DNA of 64,000 bases from Microthyrium microscopicum (Eukaryota). Of this stretch, positions 1 to 12,979 are shown one piece after another. The DNA is taken from assembly GCA_010405405.1 (NCBI GenBank), contig MU004237.1, positions 1,251,345 through 1,315,344 on the forward strand, read 5' to 3'. Below the pieces are notes generated by a model. It did not search any database and was not told where the DNA came from. It saw nothing but the letters and a program-made list of their open reading frames with translations. Position 1 is the stretch's first letter, and every line of letters starts with the position of its first letter. The position numbers and the translations under genes are program-made.

Positions 1-345
1 CAAATTAAGAAGAAGATCAACAAGCACGCCTTCAGCGGCGGCCGTGAAACTCTCGAGGACCACCGAAAGTATGGCGGCAACCCTGATGTCGATGTTGCGT
101 ACCAGTACATTACGTACTTTGAAGACGATGACGAAAAGATTGCGCAGATTGCTACCGATTATCGCGCTGGCAAGATTCTTACGGGTGAGATGAAGAAGAT
201 GTGCATTGAAATGTTGCAGGAGTATGTGGCTGGATATCAGGCGAGACGGAAGGAGGTGACAGATGAGGTTTTGAGGGCGTATATGACGCCGAGGCGGTTG
301 GAGCCGAGTGGGTCGACGACACTACCGGATAGAAGTGAATCATGA
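1..345 (+). CDS. WRS1: Cytoplasmic tryptophanyl-tRNA synthetase, C-terminal part (gene starts before the window)
   Basis: Frame 1 reads [44 protein letters not shown]...[16 protein letters not shown]..., matching the eukaryotic TrpRS anticodon-binding domain; stop TGA at 343-345. Confidence 0.93.
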   Translation, partial: QIKKKINKHAFSGGRETLEDHRKYGGNPDVDVAYQYITYFEDDDEKIAQIATDYRAGKILTGEMKKMCIEMLQEYVAGYQARRKEVTDEVLRAYMTPRRLEPSGSTTLPDRSES

Positions 346-2050
346 GTGCTGGTTGACTGAGCTAAGCATGTGAGGGCAGGCGTGTACTCTGACATTTGAT
401 AATCTGTCCGACTCTTTTGCCAGACGGCACTTCGAATTGGCGATTACTAAAAAGACGCAATGTTACCATGAATACGGCAATTGCCTTAAGTAATGACTTT
501 TCGAATCATTAGAACTTAGTGGCGACATTCAACATGGCATCATCAAGCCCCAAGAACGAACAAAGACTCCATAACTCTGCACTGCACATTAGGCAAAGGA
601 AACTGCCAACAAAGCCCAGCGACGAGTGCCCATCCCCTAACAAAGCCATAGTTGACAGCTCTACTCCTTTGTCGTCTTGGACCAACAATGCATTGTGGTG
701 CTCTAAACCTTTCCATGAATCTTAATCTTACATATATGTCACCATGGCTACTAAACACGTTCTTAGCTGCTTCAATCCACAAACCCCAGAACCGAAACTC
801 GTGTAAAATTCAATCATGCCAGAAGATACTGTAGAGAAGCTCAATCAGCTCTCGAAGATGAACACTCAATGGGCACCAGAAGACCCTCATGATCGTATAA
901 TCCAGTGGCTAACTGGCCTTCCCAGCAGATCCGTGAAGCAAGACAACAAAGAAGATGGTCGGGAGGCTTCAGAAGCTCAGCAGAGCGGACATGTCCGTGT
1001 CGTATAGAAAACACCCCCAGAGAGTGGGAACGTATCATCATTTTTGAGGAGAGACGAGTAGAGATTAGAGGTACCAATAATGGTGAATACGGTACGACCA
1101 GATCTTATATAGGTGGTGGATGAGCTGGTTCTGGCTTAGATAGTTGGCTCTTGGACCATCTCTTCGCTGCTATTGGTGATATCATACAATACAGTCAGGT
1201 TGTCTGGCTTCCATCGAATGATCCGGTACCCATTATGTAAGTCTATTTCCTATGTTTATCCCATAAATGTTATGCCAAGGTGTTTGTGCCCCATTCCATA
1301 ATCTTGTATTATGAGGTTTTCAACTTATTCCCGTGAACTTATGTGTTACAACTGAGTTTTAGCTATGTGTTAGGAAACCACATTTACTAAACCTACCCTT
1401 TAGCGGACAGATCAGGCAAATGGACACTCGGACGCCTCTAGCGATCAATTGCTTGGATGATACACTTACCGTTGGTCCGGCTTTCATGTTCTAGAAATGA
1501 TACATAATATGGCCAGTGAACTCCGAATAGAACTTGGTTTTCACAGAGCAATCAGTGTTCAAACAGCAAGGCAGGCTCGGAGAGAGCACATCATGCAGCC
1601 CAAAAGATTTGGCGGGAAGGAAAGAAGATAATAGCGGCCACTGAACACCAATGTTTTCTTTCATGTATGATACTGAAGATGAAGTTAGGCAGATAGGCGC
1701 GCGCTTAGACTAGCTCAGACGGCAAGGGTGACCAATAGGAAGGTGAAGTGCCTGCCCCATCTTGATACCACTCCAACTCCTACATACTCCAGGTGCATCT
1801 TCAATCCACGACTCCTACCTCGACATCTTGATAATTCCATACCTCCACCACTGACAACCTATTTCCAAGGCCTCACAGCCTCAACTTTTTCTTCTGCCTG
1901 TCTACTCTCCATTTACTTCACTGTCCTTAGGCTCCGATCCTCATACAGATATATAGCCCGTCTCCGCCCTCGATCTTCTTCCCCGAGTCTATGCCTCTAC
2001 CAACCGTTCCACTACCTTACTCCCACACTTCCAACCCGTAGCCTGTCAAG

Positions 2051-3289
2051 ATGGCTACAGCAGCCTTCTTCCCCCATAATAATGCGGGCCAGCATCATGA
2101 TTGGCGCGCATTCGAATCAATGCCAGGCAACGGCCATCATGCCGTCCAACAGCATGCCGCCGCCGCAGGTCCTCACTTCAACCGTCTCGCAGCTCTCAGT
2201 AATGCCAGTGCCACCACAAATCCTACTATGAATGTGCTCTCAAACAATGATCATTCCCCAAGCATTCTCGCATCAACCGATCCTGCGGTGGCTGACGATA
2301 ACCGACGCACATTGGAGTGGATCGCTCAGCTGCTGAACCCAAGCTCACGCGAGACTGCTTTATTAGAGCTTAGCAAAAAGCGCGAGCAGGTTCCTGAGCT
2401 TGCATTGGTTCTGTGGCATTCATTCGGTAAGGAACAGTTTATATTGATTCGATTGCACGGTATTGACTCGAGTGACAGGCGTCATGACCGCACTACTTCA
2501 AGAGATCATCTCCGTTTATCCGTTGCTCAACCCGTCCCAGCTGACTGCAGCATCCTCTAACCGAGTTTGCAATGCTTTGGCTCTCTTGCAGTGTGTCGCT
2601 TCGCACAATGAGACACGTCAGTTGTTCCTGAATGGTATGAAACTCGAGAATCATTGCTTTGATATACACTAAGTGTCTTTAGCCCACATTCCACTATTCC
2701 TCTATCCATTCCTAAACACGACGTCAAAGTCTAGGCCCTACGAGTACCTTCGCTTGACCTCGTTAGGAGTGATTGGAGCGCTGGTCAAGAATGATTCTTC
2801 CGAGGTTATCAACTTCCTCCTTACAACCGAGATAATCCCATTGTGTCTTCGCATTATGGAGACCGGATCGGAGTTGTCCAAGACAGTGGCTATCTTCATT
2901 GTTCAAAAGATCTTGTTAGATGATACTGGCTTGGCATATATCTGCCAAACTTATGAGCGCTTCTACGCCGTGGGAACGGTCTTGTCAAACATGGTCACCC
3001 AACTCGTGGAGCAACAAACTGTCCGTCTGCTCAAGCATGTTGTTAGATGCTTCCTCCGGTTAGTAATGTGTTCAAACCTGAAATGCTCTGACTAACGAGA
3101 TCATTTAGGCTTTCCGACAATGCGCGCGCTCGCGAGGCCCTACGACAATGTCTCCCCGAACCTCTTCGTGATGCCACCTTCTCCAATGTCCTACGCGATG
3201 ACGCTGCAACTAAGCGCTGCCTAGCACAACTACTCATCAATCTGTCAGATTCTTCCGCCGACCCATCCATGAATATCTTTACTCATTAA
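2051..3289 (+). CDS. CAF40: CCR4-NOT subunit Caf40/Rcd1/CNOT9, 4 exons (introns ~2427-2478, 2635-2682, 3059-3108)
   Basis: Diagnostic Rcd1 ARM-repeat motifs [62 protein letters not shown] and [21 protein letters not shown], joined across GT-AG introns. Confidence 0.96.
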
Positions 3290-4388
3290 ACGAGACCATA
3301 ATGAATAGTTACTTACTGGAATTTCTACAGGAACCCGGATCTGGTTAGTTCAGCTGCCCGACGCGATTCTCTGTCACCTATCAGATAACTGGCTTGATTG
3401 CAACATTCTTACACATACAACAACCCTGGCTGTTTGTTGCGACTTTACTCGACATGTTGACGAATGCTCCTGGCATTCGAAATAGCCATCATTGGCCTCA
3501 AAACATCAACCTGGCGCTTTGGAGCAATGATCAACACCCCTTGAACGAGGAGGACCATATGTATTTTTTTCGCGCGAATAACGGGAGGGCTATCTGCCCA
3601 CAGGACTGGCCAACGGCTAAATGGATTACCACAAAAGCATTATATTGTTTGCAACTAGTTACCTTACTCATCCTACACGATAATTATACCCCTCCGGCGA
3701 ACTTGCTCACACTCCATCTTCCCTCCTCGAGTATATAATACTGTGTACGAAATGCTTTGGACTTCGGGAGACAAAAGCGGCTGCTACACATTTTCCTGGC
3801 TCTTGGTTTTGATTCCTACTTATAACACTACCTATACACGATCTATGAACTTCCGACCATGAATGTTATGCTCAGGCTGGGGCTATTGTAATTTTCATGT
3901 TTGGGCCTGACATTGCAAGATGTTTCCTGTTTCTGTCTCACCTCCTATATCCACTACAAGCCTCACTCTAGCACCCACCTCGATATACCCCTTGATCGCT
4001 ATACCCTCTGTCACCTTTTCTTTTTCATATGGGATGGAGCAAAAAATTACTGTGTTGAATGTTGTGGCATTTTTGTACTGCTTGATTGGGCTGATCGAGT
4101 TGTAACTGCTGCATTTGCAAGCCAATGCACGTCTTCAAGATAGCAGACTCGATGCAGTAGCGGCATATTCTGTGGAGCAGGCGTTATGATTACAATCTTT
4201 GTCTTTGAAGTGTAATATAGATACAATGTAGCATAATGGATTTTGATATTACAATGCGAGTTTACACTCACTGGAAAGCGGACGTCGCTTGTCGATGCTG
4301 TTGTAACCACGCTATATGCCATGTGATATAATGCCAATCCATACCATTCCCACAGAACAAGTACAATCCGTATTAAACACACCAGTGA

Positions 4389-7300
4389 TCAATACTCAAA
4401 GTCGTCGTCCACACTTGGCCCCTTGCTCTTGCTCACGCTCTCCTGCTTGCGATACATTTCCGCCACCGCACGACTCGTTGTCGCCATCTCCGCTGTTTTA
4501 TCTTCGCGCTCCTTGATGAATCGTGGAAATCTCAGACTCACGCCCTTGCCATCAGAGCCCACCTCGTTTGCTGCTGCGCGATAGCGTGGCGAGATGGTCA
4601 AGTCCGCTGTCTTGACTTCCCAAACATATTTGGGCTCAAACCACACGTCCGGCTGGTCCTTGGTGCCTGCACTGTGAGCGTAAAACGGCTTGGGTCGCGT
4701 GATCACTACTGCCGACAACTTGGCGTGCAGATCTGCGAGTGCTTCATCACTGAAGCCAGTACCGATGTTGCAAACGCTTTCAAATTTCTCGTCTTTGGGG
4801 TTCCAGCAGGCAAGTAGAAAAGCACCGTAAACGGACGTGCGCTTGCCGCGGCCAAAGTATGCGCCGAGGACGACGAGATCTAGACTGTCGCCAACACCTG
4901 CGAGGTAGTCTTTCTTGACTTTGAGCCAATTCTGTGAGCGGCGGGAGGGTTCGTAGGAGGACGCGGGGCCGTCAAGCATCTTCACCATGAGGCCTTCGCA
5001 GGAGGCTTTGACGGACTCTTCAAGCAAGTTCTGAATTTCGTCGAGATCGCTCGTGTTGCCGGCGGTGGCGAATGCAAATTCGCCTTCAACGGGCGCAAAA
5101 GCGCTGTGCAAGAGTTCACGGCGCTCGCGGAGACTCTTGTTGACGAGGGCTTCGCCGTTGAGAAAGAGGAGGTCGAAAGCGAAAACGCAGACTTTGACTT
5201 TCACGTCTTCGACCTTGACGTCTTTGCGCTTGCGTGTCATGAGCTGTTGAAATGGTAGAACCTTTTTCTCGGTCACGTCCCAAGCGACGGACTCGCAGTC
5301 AAGTACAAAGCTTTTCGTCGTGTCTTTGATCCAGTTGGGTAGAGCGGCGAGAATGTCGGGATATTTCTTGGAGAGATCTTCGGAATTCCGAGAAAACACA
5401 TTGGCGATGCCTTTGGCGGATTTACCAGATGATGGGACTGTAGTGGCGTATTGCAGTGGTGAGTCGTGCGCGACGAAATGTATCTGGGCGCGCTCGCCAT
5501 CATATTTGTATTCGCACGTGAATTCCTTGCCATCGAACCGGTCTAGCACTTCGGTAATGGACTTGGTCGGTTTGGCAAGCATAGGCTTCAATGGAATACC
5601 CGGTTGAAGCTTGCAAACTTCGCGTAGTTTGTCTAGTTTGAACTCATTGGAAACAAGCGCGGGAATAATGACTTCGTAGCTGGGTAGTTCACTGCATTCT
5701 GTCAGCATTACTATTACGTTTAGTGTGGATCAACTAACCTGTAAACTGATTTGAGTATCGATTCTCCCTTCTCAAGTGCCTCTGAAGTTGGCAATTTCGC
5801 TTTTTTGCCTTCGAGAGCAGCAGCATAGTCTGTAGCATGAAAGACAACGGCTTGTGCAAGCGCAACTAGGACAGACTTTTCAGCAAGACCAAGTCGCAAC
5901 TTTCCTTCCAATGTGCGAACAATATATTTTGCTTCACTTGGACCGCCTTTGTCTTTGGTGATGTCAATCTTGGCACCTGCAGCAGCATCCGCAGCTGAAA
6001 GAAGCTTCATGATACCAGACACTTTGTGAGCCTGCGAGCCATGGCCCTCAATCAAAGCAATATCAGTCAGCCCCTTGAAGACTCCATGAACGGTCAATGG
6101 CTTTGGCTTGAACATTGTCCGCTGATTGGATCGACTCTTAACTGCGACTAATCCAAGATCTCCTATTTCCTTCTGATCCGCTTTAACAATAGCAAGAGTT
6201 CGACCAGTGGATTCGCCAATAGCCTTCATAATGAGAGACTCTCCAATTCCAAGTTCAATTCCAGTATATTCGGCAGCCAGCTTGTTGATCATGAGCAGAA
6301 CAGTTGGCAATAAGTCCTCAGGGGTGAGGCGCAAAACTTGACGCAGAAAAAGCGAGCAAAGTGCCACGATTTCGAGACGTTTGGTAGTCATCTCAATTTT
6401 GTGGTATGTTGTGCATAGTGCAGCGTAAGGGACGGGATCTCCAGCCTTCCAGTCTGGATACGGATCTTTGCCAGAGCCTTTGAGCGTAGCAAGAAGATTC
6501 TCTCTAGCCTTTGCTGCATCCTCGGGCTTGAGATCATCTTCATCTTCTTCGACCTCGTTCTCTTCTGCAGCTGCCACAGGACTGGCTTCTTCGTCTTCCT
6601 CCTCAACCACTGCCTTTTTTCCTTTGACCTTGGTCGGAGCGGCTTTGGCAGCTTTCGACTTTTTCGGCGTTGAACGAACTGGCAACGACGTACCGTCGTC
6701 TTCGAGGTCCTCAGCCTTGGCGTCGTCCATCTCTACGTCAGAGCCGTCTTCATCCTTGATCTTTGGGGCTGTTTTGGGGGAGGCCTTGTTCAGTGTTCTG
6801 CCCTTTGCCACCTGCTTCGACTTGGATAAGCTATTACCATTTTTGGTTGGTGCTTGTGAGTTATCCTTGGTGGTTCTTCGGCGCTTTCGGACAGGACCGT
6901 CATCCTCGTCTTCGTCGTCAATTGATGAACGCGAGGCTGCTATTGGGCGTGTCAGTACTGGATTCAGACAAACTGGTAGTGAAGCTTGGGATAGGGTAGC
7001 TCCTCCATTCTCCTTGGAGATCTCTGTCACTGCTCGGCCTCTAGCAGGTCGTTTTGTACGACCCCATCGAGAATTCTTTGAGCTCAAGATGAGAATGGGA
7101 ACTACGGTTTTGTTCATGTTGTAGATATGAAGATGGAGAGGGGATTGTGAGTGCAAGGGATGTGGAGTTAGGCATATAGGAGGGATGGTTGAATCAACTC
7201 AGGAACGATTGAGCTGTTCAGTGCAGCTCAGGTTACTCACTTTTTGGACTCGTTCCTTCTTCCGATTTCAACACCTTGCTGGACGGCACATCTTCCATGT

Positions 7301-7565
7301 CTACATCACCCTTCACCTCCGCAGAAGCAGCCTCGGACTTGACATCCTCGTCAATTGGTTCGGGAGTTTCCGCATCTTCGGAGTCTTTCGCCTTGAGTTT
7401 CAACTTTGATTGTTGTGGTTGGGGAGTCTTTGGGACGGACTGGCCAGAGAACCATTTGCTGTGCAAGTCGTCAGTTTATGGCCTCTTACAAAAACTGGCA
7501 AATGCAGACTTGAGCGTTTTCTGAGATGGCTTGACGTACTTTAATGTGCCTTGCTTGGGAGCCAT
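4389..7565 (-). CDS. CDC9: DNA ligase I (introns ~7459-7539 or 7459-7509, 6940-7240, 5692-5738)
   Basis: Motif I EYKYDGERAQIH, plus CEGLMVK, WLKVKKDY and SLRFPRF; DNA-binding domain ELGIGESLIMKAI; spliced N-terminus MAPKQGTLNKWF carries a PCNA PIP box. Confidence 0.96.
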
Positions 7566-7619
7566 GATGGATCGAGATCTTATTGCAACGAGTGACGTGT
7601 TAGTTTGAATTGTAGCACA

Positions 7620-7755
7620 ATCTGCGCGCAAACAATTGAATCTCAGGACCAACTTAGAGGACCTCATTCATATTATTATGGTAAATGGGAATTGTAGGAT
7701 TATGACGCGAAAACTGTACGTCTAAGTCGCGTCGAGTGCGAGGAGCGCGTCGCAG
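7620..7755. promoter_or_regulatory. Cluster of MCB/SCB-like CGCG elements in the divergent CDC9/MIX23 promoter
   Basis: GACGCGAAAA (~7704), TCGCGTCG (~7727), GCGCGTCGC (~7745) and TGCGCGCA (~7623) lie upstream of a G1/S-regulated replication gene. Confidence 0.5.
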
Positions 7756-8074
7756 CCTGAAGAAAGTCTTGGCGCCATCTGATTAGATCAAGACCAGCGG
7801 ATCATGGATTGAGTCTGGTGCCTATCATTTTCATTCATATCGTCACTGACTCGAGTTCAAGAAGTTACAACTCACAATATTCTAATTACTTTACCATTTC
7901 AGTTGAAGACCAGTGAGGTGCTTCATTAATCGTTCTTGCATCCTCGATACCCAAACATCAGACATCACGGCGGGCATATTCTGGAAGCAGCTGGATCCTG
8001 ATCCTCTGCCGGAGGAGCGTAAGGAATCAGATCAGACGACATCAACGGAGACGAAACTGCAAAAGCAGGAAGAC

Positions 8075-8714
8075 ATGCCACAGCCATTCGAGGCGCCATC
8101 GTTGACACCTCAGTTCTGTTTCAACCAGCGGGTATTACGAGGTATGCAGACTCCGAGAAGCCTTGCCAAGCACAAAGCTAACAGGACAATAAGACTTTCT
8201 ACGATTATCAAGACAATCCATCGACGATTCCATAACACAAAACCTTAATGCGCTCGTAACGCCCGGCACACGACCCTTTGATCCCATCGTCACATCTTCT
8301 CGCCAACATCCCATACCACCACCCCGCCGAATAATAGAAGCAGGAGCATGCGATGACTTCAAGGAGCGTGTATTGTTCCCATCGTGGCAAATGCGAGCAG
8401 ATGTCATAAATTACTGCGCTGGCGTGGCAACGTCTCCGGATCCCAATGATCCCGATTTGCTTCTCCGAGAGGTCGAAAACGCTAGGTCACGAGAGCGTGT
8501 CGTAGACGAGCGTCTAGACCCATATAGCGCAAGATATTTTCCAAAAGACTCGAGAACAGAGTCTCTGGCAGCCTTATTACGCAATGAGAGAGCTGTGGAG
8601 AGCATCATTAGATCAAGAACTTGGTCGATAGTGGAAGAACGGTGTGGGTCGACAGGAGAGACGTTTGAGCAGGTTCTTGACGATTGGCGAAAACGAAAGC
8701 ACAGCACCGGTTAA
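8075..8714 (+). CDS. MIX23: Mix23/Cid2 (caffeine-induced death protein 2) family protein, intron ~8142-8193
   Basis: Spliced sequence FCFNQRVLRDFLRLSRQSIDDSITQNLNAL...LFPSWQMRADVINYC...RLDPYSARYF...VESIIRSRTWSIVEERC. Confidence 0.85.
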
Positions 8715-8921
8715 ATGCCACGACTCTCTCACCTCCCACGCACTACGTTCGAAACGTTGTATAATATGAAGCATGACCATATTGGCAAGCCTCCACCCTC
8801 CCGAAATTCCTGTAGGTTACAAGCTTTTGAGAGAAATGACTGCACAAATAACATAATATATCAAAACTCATAGATTCTTACTTTCATCCACCTAGCTTCT
8901 CTTTTCGGGAGATGTGCGAGA

Positions 8922-9435
8922 TTAGTAAAACTCTTCTCCTCCATGCTTTCCATCCAGCTTTCCATCCTCTTTCAACTTGAACAATGCTGCTTTAACCCGT
9001 TCAATTACCCGCTTGCCGTACTCCGGACCCCTCGGGGGCATCTCGACTTTCTTGTCGCTTCTCAAGATTGGGACTAGACGAGCTTCTGCTTCCTTCTCCA
9101 GCGCAGAGGAAATGAGTTTGAACTTTTCGTCCGCTGCAAATTCAGCTGCCCCTCCCAGTACCACTGCCTGGGGAATCTTGCCGTAGTTGCCAGTTCCTAG
9201 CCTGCTTGAGTTTGATAGAGGAGCCTTGCCGCATAGCACATATGGTAATTCGTCGGCGGCATTCTGTGCGCTGGCTTGTGTAAAATTGACGACTAGAGAA
9301 GTGTGAGTAATAGTCACTGGCAACACATCTTCTTGTGAGTGGTATACCTTCGATTTCGGGTTTGAGGCCTTCGATGACCGGAGCTCCGATGTACTCGGAT
9401 TCGCCACAGAGCGCAATGTATATCGGTTCACTCAT
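8922..9435 (-). CDS. Conserved fungal hypothetical protein (~150 aa), intron ~9296-9347
   Basis: MSEPIYIALCGESEYIGAPVIEGLKPEIE joins VVNF...GTGNYGKIPQAVVLGG...MPPRGPEYGKRVIERVKAAL through a GT-AG intron. Confidence 0.75.
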
Positions 9436-10583
9436 GATGATAAAATGGCACAAGGAGTGTGTTGGTATCTTCAGACTCGCAAAAAGGTAGACAGGATCCA
9501 GGAATCTTGGTCAAGAAGTTGATAAAGTGTCAGTGGATCAATTGAGAGTTTGAAGTACCATTTAGTATCTTTTATGGTGATACTCGAGTTTCAAGTCGGC
9601 ACCCAATATGCTGTGCAGCTGTACTCTATGACGGAAGCAGTTGGTAACCTTCAACCTCGAATCAGCGACTAGTCTAACGCGCCCGACTAGACTACAATTG
9701 TGGGCCGACTTGATAATAGTGCCAATCTGGGGATGATTGTCCGCCAAAGGAACGCTAATATGTCCCTCACTAACTACTAGTAAGTACATCAAAGATAGAG
9801 CAACGCATGCTCAGCTTGTCGGAATATGAGTATGAGTTGTCCGTTGCCTCTTCTATATGAAGAGTTGGACTCTGAAATGGCAGATTCGTATCCCTTTTTT
9901 CCCACTCAAAGAATCTTTAACATCGGGCGGTCTTACTTGCCAAGCAGTAGCAAATCCGTTGCTTCGGTATGGTAATTATTCTATCAGATGATGCGTATTT
10001 GATTCTTGTAGGGTCGTGTCTAGAGGCAACAAGTACTGCATGCCTAGATAATGATCAAATCGTTCTATGGATCCAACTATATACCTCAATAGATAGAGTT
10101 TTCAGAGAGTCCAAAAGTATTCTTCTATTCGTCGAGAGATAGTCTAACCCACAATACTGCGAGGTAATGAAAGCGCATTCGGCAACAACGGAGAAAATCA
10201 TTTCTCATTAGACAAAATAGACTCGGTTGACACCATCTAGCAGAGGCCAATGGGCGGTTAAACTCCCTGCTTGGCCTCTGCTTCTTGGGCATGGTGAAAG
10301 TCGTAGCCCATAATATACTGATGCGCTATTCTTGGTCCTTGGTATTTCACCACGAGATTTGGAAAGTATGAAAGAATAGGAATATCTGCTAGTTCATTAT
10401 ACTGCGGATTTATCTTTGAAGTCCCTGATAAGCTTTCCAATTGGCATAACTATCTTTGTGTTTGGATAGTCATTTTCGGGATTCAAAAGCGAAAAACGTT
10501 ACATTCATAGATTCATAGATTCATACATTCATAAGTTCGTTATATACAAACAGCACTGGGGCTTATTAGTCGGATCCAATGAC

Positions 10584-11780
10584 TTATTTGATTGTATCAT
10601 GGAGACATTGAACCCCCGAGTCAGTCTTATCTGCCGTTATATTGAATGTGTTGACACTGATCTTGACCCACTTGTTCTTCTCGATGAGTGGGTTAGCAAC
10701 CCGCACATTCACATCCGTCGGCGCTTCATCAGTAAGCTGAAATCCGCAGGCTTTGACTGCTGACAAGACCGCATTGACGTATTTTGATGGAGCCGCATCA
10801 CTAGCTGTACATATACTGCAGGATACGGAGCAGCTGGTGCCAGAACTGGTTGTGCTGCAGCTAGTAATGCAGTTGCATTCGTAATCATAGCAGTCTGAGT
10901 ACCAGCCATGAACCACGCCATAGATTGTGCTGTTCGCGTTGCGGAAATATTGGTCAGCGACTGGATCGTAACCAGTGCATGGATAAGCATGAGCTTTACC
11001 AAAAAGTGCTGTAAAGGCGACAAACAAACCAGCTATTCCAGTTTTCCGATTCCCTTGAGTTTTTCGTGACTTTGATCGTGGCGTCGAGGTCGAATGGTAT
11101 AATGCTTCAGGATGTGGCCTTGGGAAATATCCAGAGTTGCTTGGCCACATTACGAGGGCGGTCTCTTCCTTAGCTATGCGAGCAGCGCGAGAAGTCATAG
11201 ACATTTTCCATACTTTGAATGTCAGAAGCGCCCCAAGTACACCAGCCAGAACGGTCAGGATGATGATGGCAAGTTGGTTCCGGTAACTTTGCTTGAGATT
11301 CTTCAAAGCCGTCGCCTTGTAAAACACACCAACAGCATTCAGACATTCGATGGGGTATCTATTTCTCCAGTTCCACATGGAATTGCCATCACATATTATT
11401 CCAGTGACGTTGGCCTTTGCAGTCATAGCACAGGCATTGTATGCGAAGTTGACATCGTCGCAATCGTTGCAACCGAGATAGCAAGCATCATATGCCTCGC
11501 TGCGAGCTACCTGGGTCCAGTGATTTGGATCCGAAGAAACTTTGGCGCTGGCTATAATATGTTGAACATGGCGAACGAGGGCGTACGTTGTTCCTGCTGT
11601 GATCGCGCAGCCTACCAGAATTGCGACTGGTAAAGCTAATTTCGGTAGAATGGAGTTGATCCTAAATCGGAATCCTTTCCGTTCGACTTGAGAGGTTTTG
11701 TTTACATCAGAGGTGCTCGGTCGATCTCGATCCGCATTTCTTGGTTGCTCAGAGTCGGGGTTGTAAGTTTTGGCGATCAT
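10584..11780 (-). CDS. 398-aa uncharacterized membrane protein with two Cys-rich domains
   Basis: Uninterrupted ORF with hydrophobic segments LALPVAILVGCAITAGTTYALV, LAIIILTVLAGVLGALLTF and IAGLFVAFTALFGKAHA, and two separate Cys clusters. Confidence 0.8.
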   Translation of the reverse strand: MIAKTYNPDSEQPRNADRDRPSTSDVNKTSQVERKGFRFRINSILPKLALPVAILVGCAITAGTTYALVRHVQHIIASAKVSSDPNHWTQVARSEAYDACYLGCNDCDDVNFAYNACAMTAKANVTGIICDGNSMWNWRNRYPIECLNAVGVFYKATALKNLKQSYRNQLAIIILTVLAGVLGALLTFKVWKMSMTSRAARIAKEETALVMWPSNSGYFPRPHPEALYHSTSTPRSKSRKTQGNRKTGIAGLFVAFTALFGKAHAYPCTGYDPVADQYFRNANSTIYGVVHGWYSDCYDYECNCITSCSTTSSGTSCSVSCSICTASDAAPSKYVNAVLSAVKACGFQLTDEAPTDVNVRVANPLIEKNKWVKISVNTFNITADKTDSGVQCLHDTIK

Positions 11781-12979
11781 GGTGAGTCAAAACCACAGTA
11801 TCGTTTGTTTGGAAAGCGTAATTTCTCTGAGACTGAAGATCTACTTGACCGAGCTTATGGAGCCCTCCAGTATTTACGTAGAATGAGTTCATGGCTGTGA
11901 GTATCAAAAGAGACTCTGGAATGGTTGAGATGAGGCGGTGCAAACAAGATGGCGCCGCCTCCAAGGCACACTTGGCCCCCAACATTGAAATACAAGGCTT
12001 GAACAGCCGCCAAATTCGCATCCGACATACGGCTAACACCAAATGCTGATAGTGAAAGTATATCGGATACAAATTTCCAACGAATGCACTTGTGGCAGAG
12101 CCGCAGAACGGACCCGCAAGCAGGCAGCTCAGATGACCTCGACAGCAGAGAACTCGCGGGCAATAGCTTCACGCTTGCTATCTTCACCGGCCTCTAAGAC
12201 TCTGCCTAATCTACTGTCATGTTATCTGTAGTCTCATATCGAGACATTGTGACGTTGGCTAGATCAATTTCTGCTGTACAAAGCATAACTGAATTTTTGA
12301 TGGAAGTTGCCCAGATCAAGCCTAGAGTACTACTCTACCACTGAGTCCTGAATTGCTGTCGATTTGATTTTTTGGCTCCTTTACGCTCACTAACCTTGGT
12401 TATTATAGAAGCCAATTTGCATAATTGTCGAGACGCATGCTTTTCGAGTTCCTGGATATTTGAATGAAATCATGACATTGATTGCCGGTCAGCAATGAAG
12501 CTCTCCAAGAATAGTGGAATATGACCAGGAGAAAGGGGGTGGCGTTTATTAGCACTAAGGTTGCCAAGGTTGCTTGCTAAACACTTTCGGCATACAAATA
12601 CCTCTCACACGATACCTGCCAAAATCATGTCCTTAAACCATCAATTAGCCTTGAACAAGCATTGTGTTCATCATTACCATGACAATGGTGTGAATTGGCA
12701 AGTTTGGCATATTCCAAAGGTGGCTTTGGTAATGGTCAAAGTCTATACATCGAAACGGCGCCAGTGCTAAAGCGCGTGTCCTGTTCCACTCGCGCACAGG
12801 ACTGTAGCACGCCGCATAGCCCTCGCCCTTCAAACAATGATAAAGGTACGAAAATGGTACAGCTCCAGTTGACTTAGCAGCCTCAAGGTTTCACGACATC
12901 CCGAACACAGAAGCGATAAGATGGAGCAGCTCCGCCATGGACCCTCCATTGCTCAAGTCATCTCGACATCACCAAAGGT

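Noticed and set aside
519..1123. Cluster of short ORFs between WRS1 and CAF40
   Set aside because: No motif or convincing exon structure; a gene call cannot be supported.
6468..7124. Long antisense ORFs over CDC9 (also over TRAPPC11, MAK21, ALDH and cyclin)
   Set aside because: Shadow frames expected from codon bias and low-complexity charged regions of the real genes.
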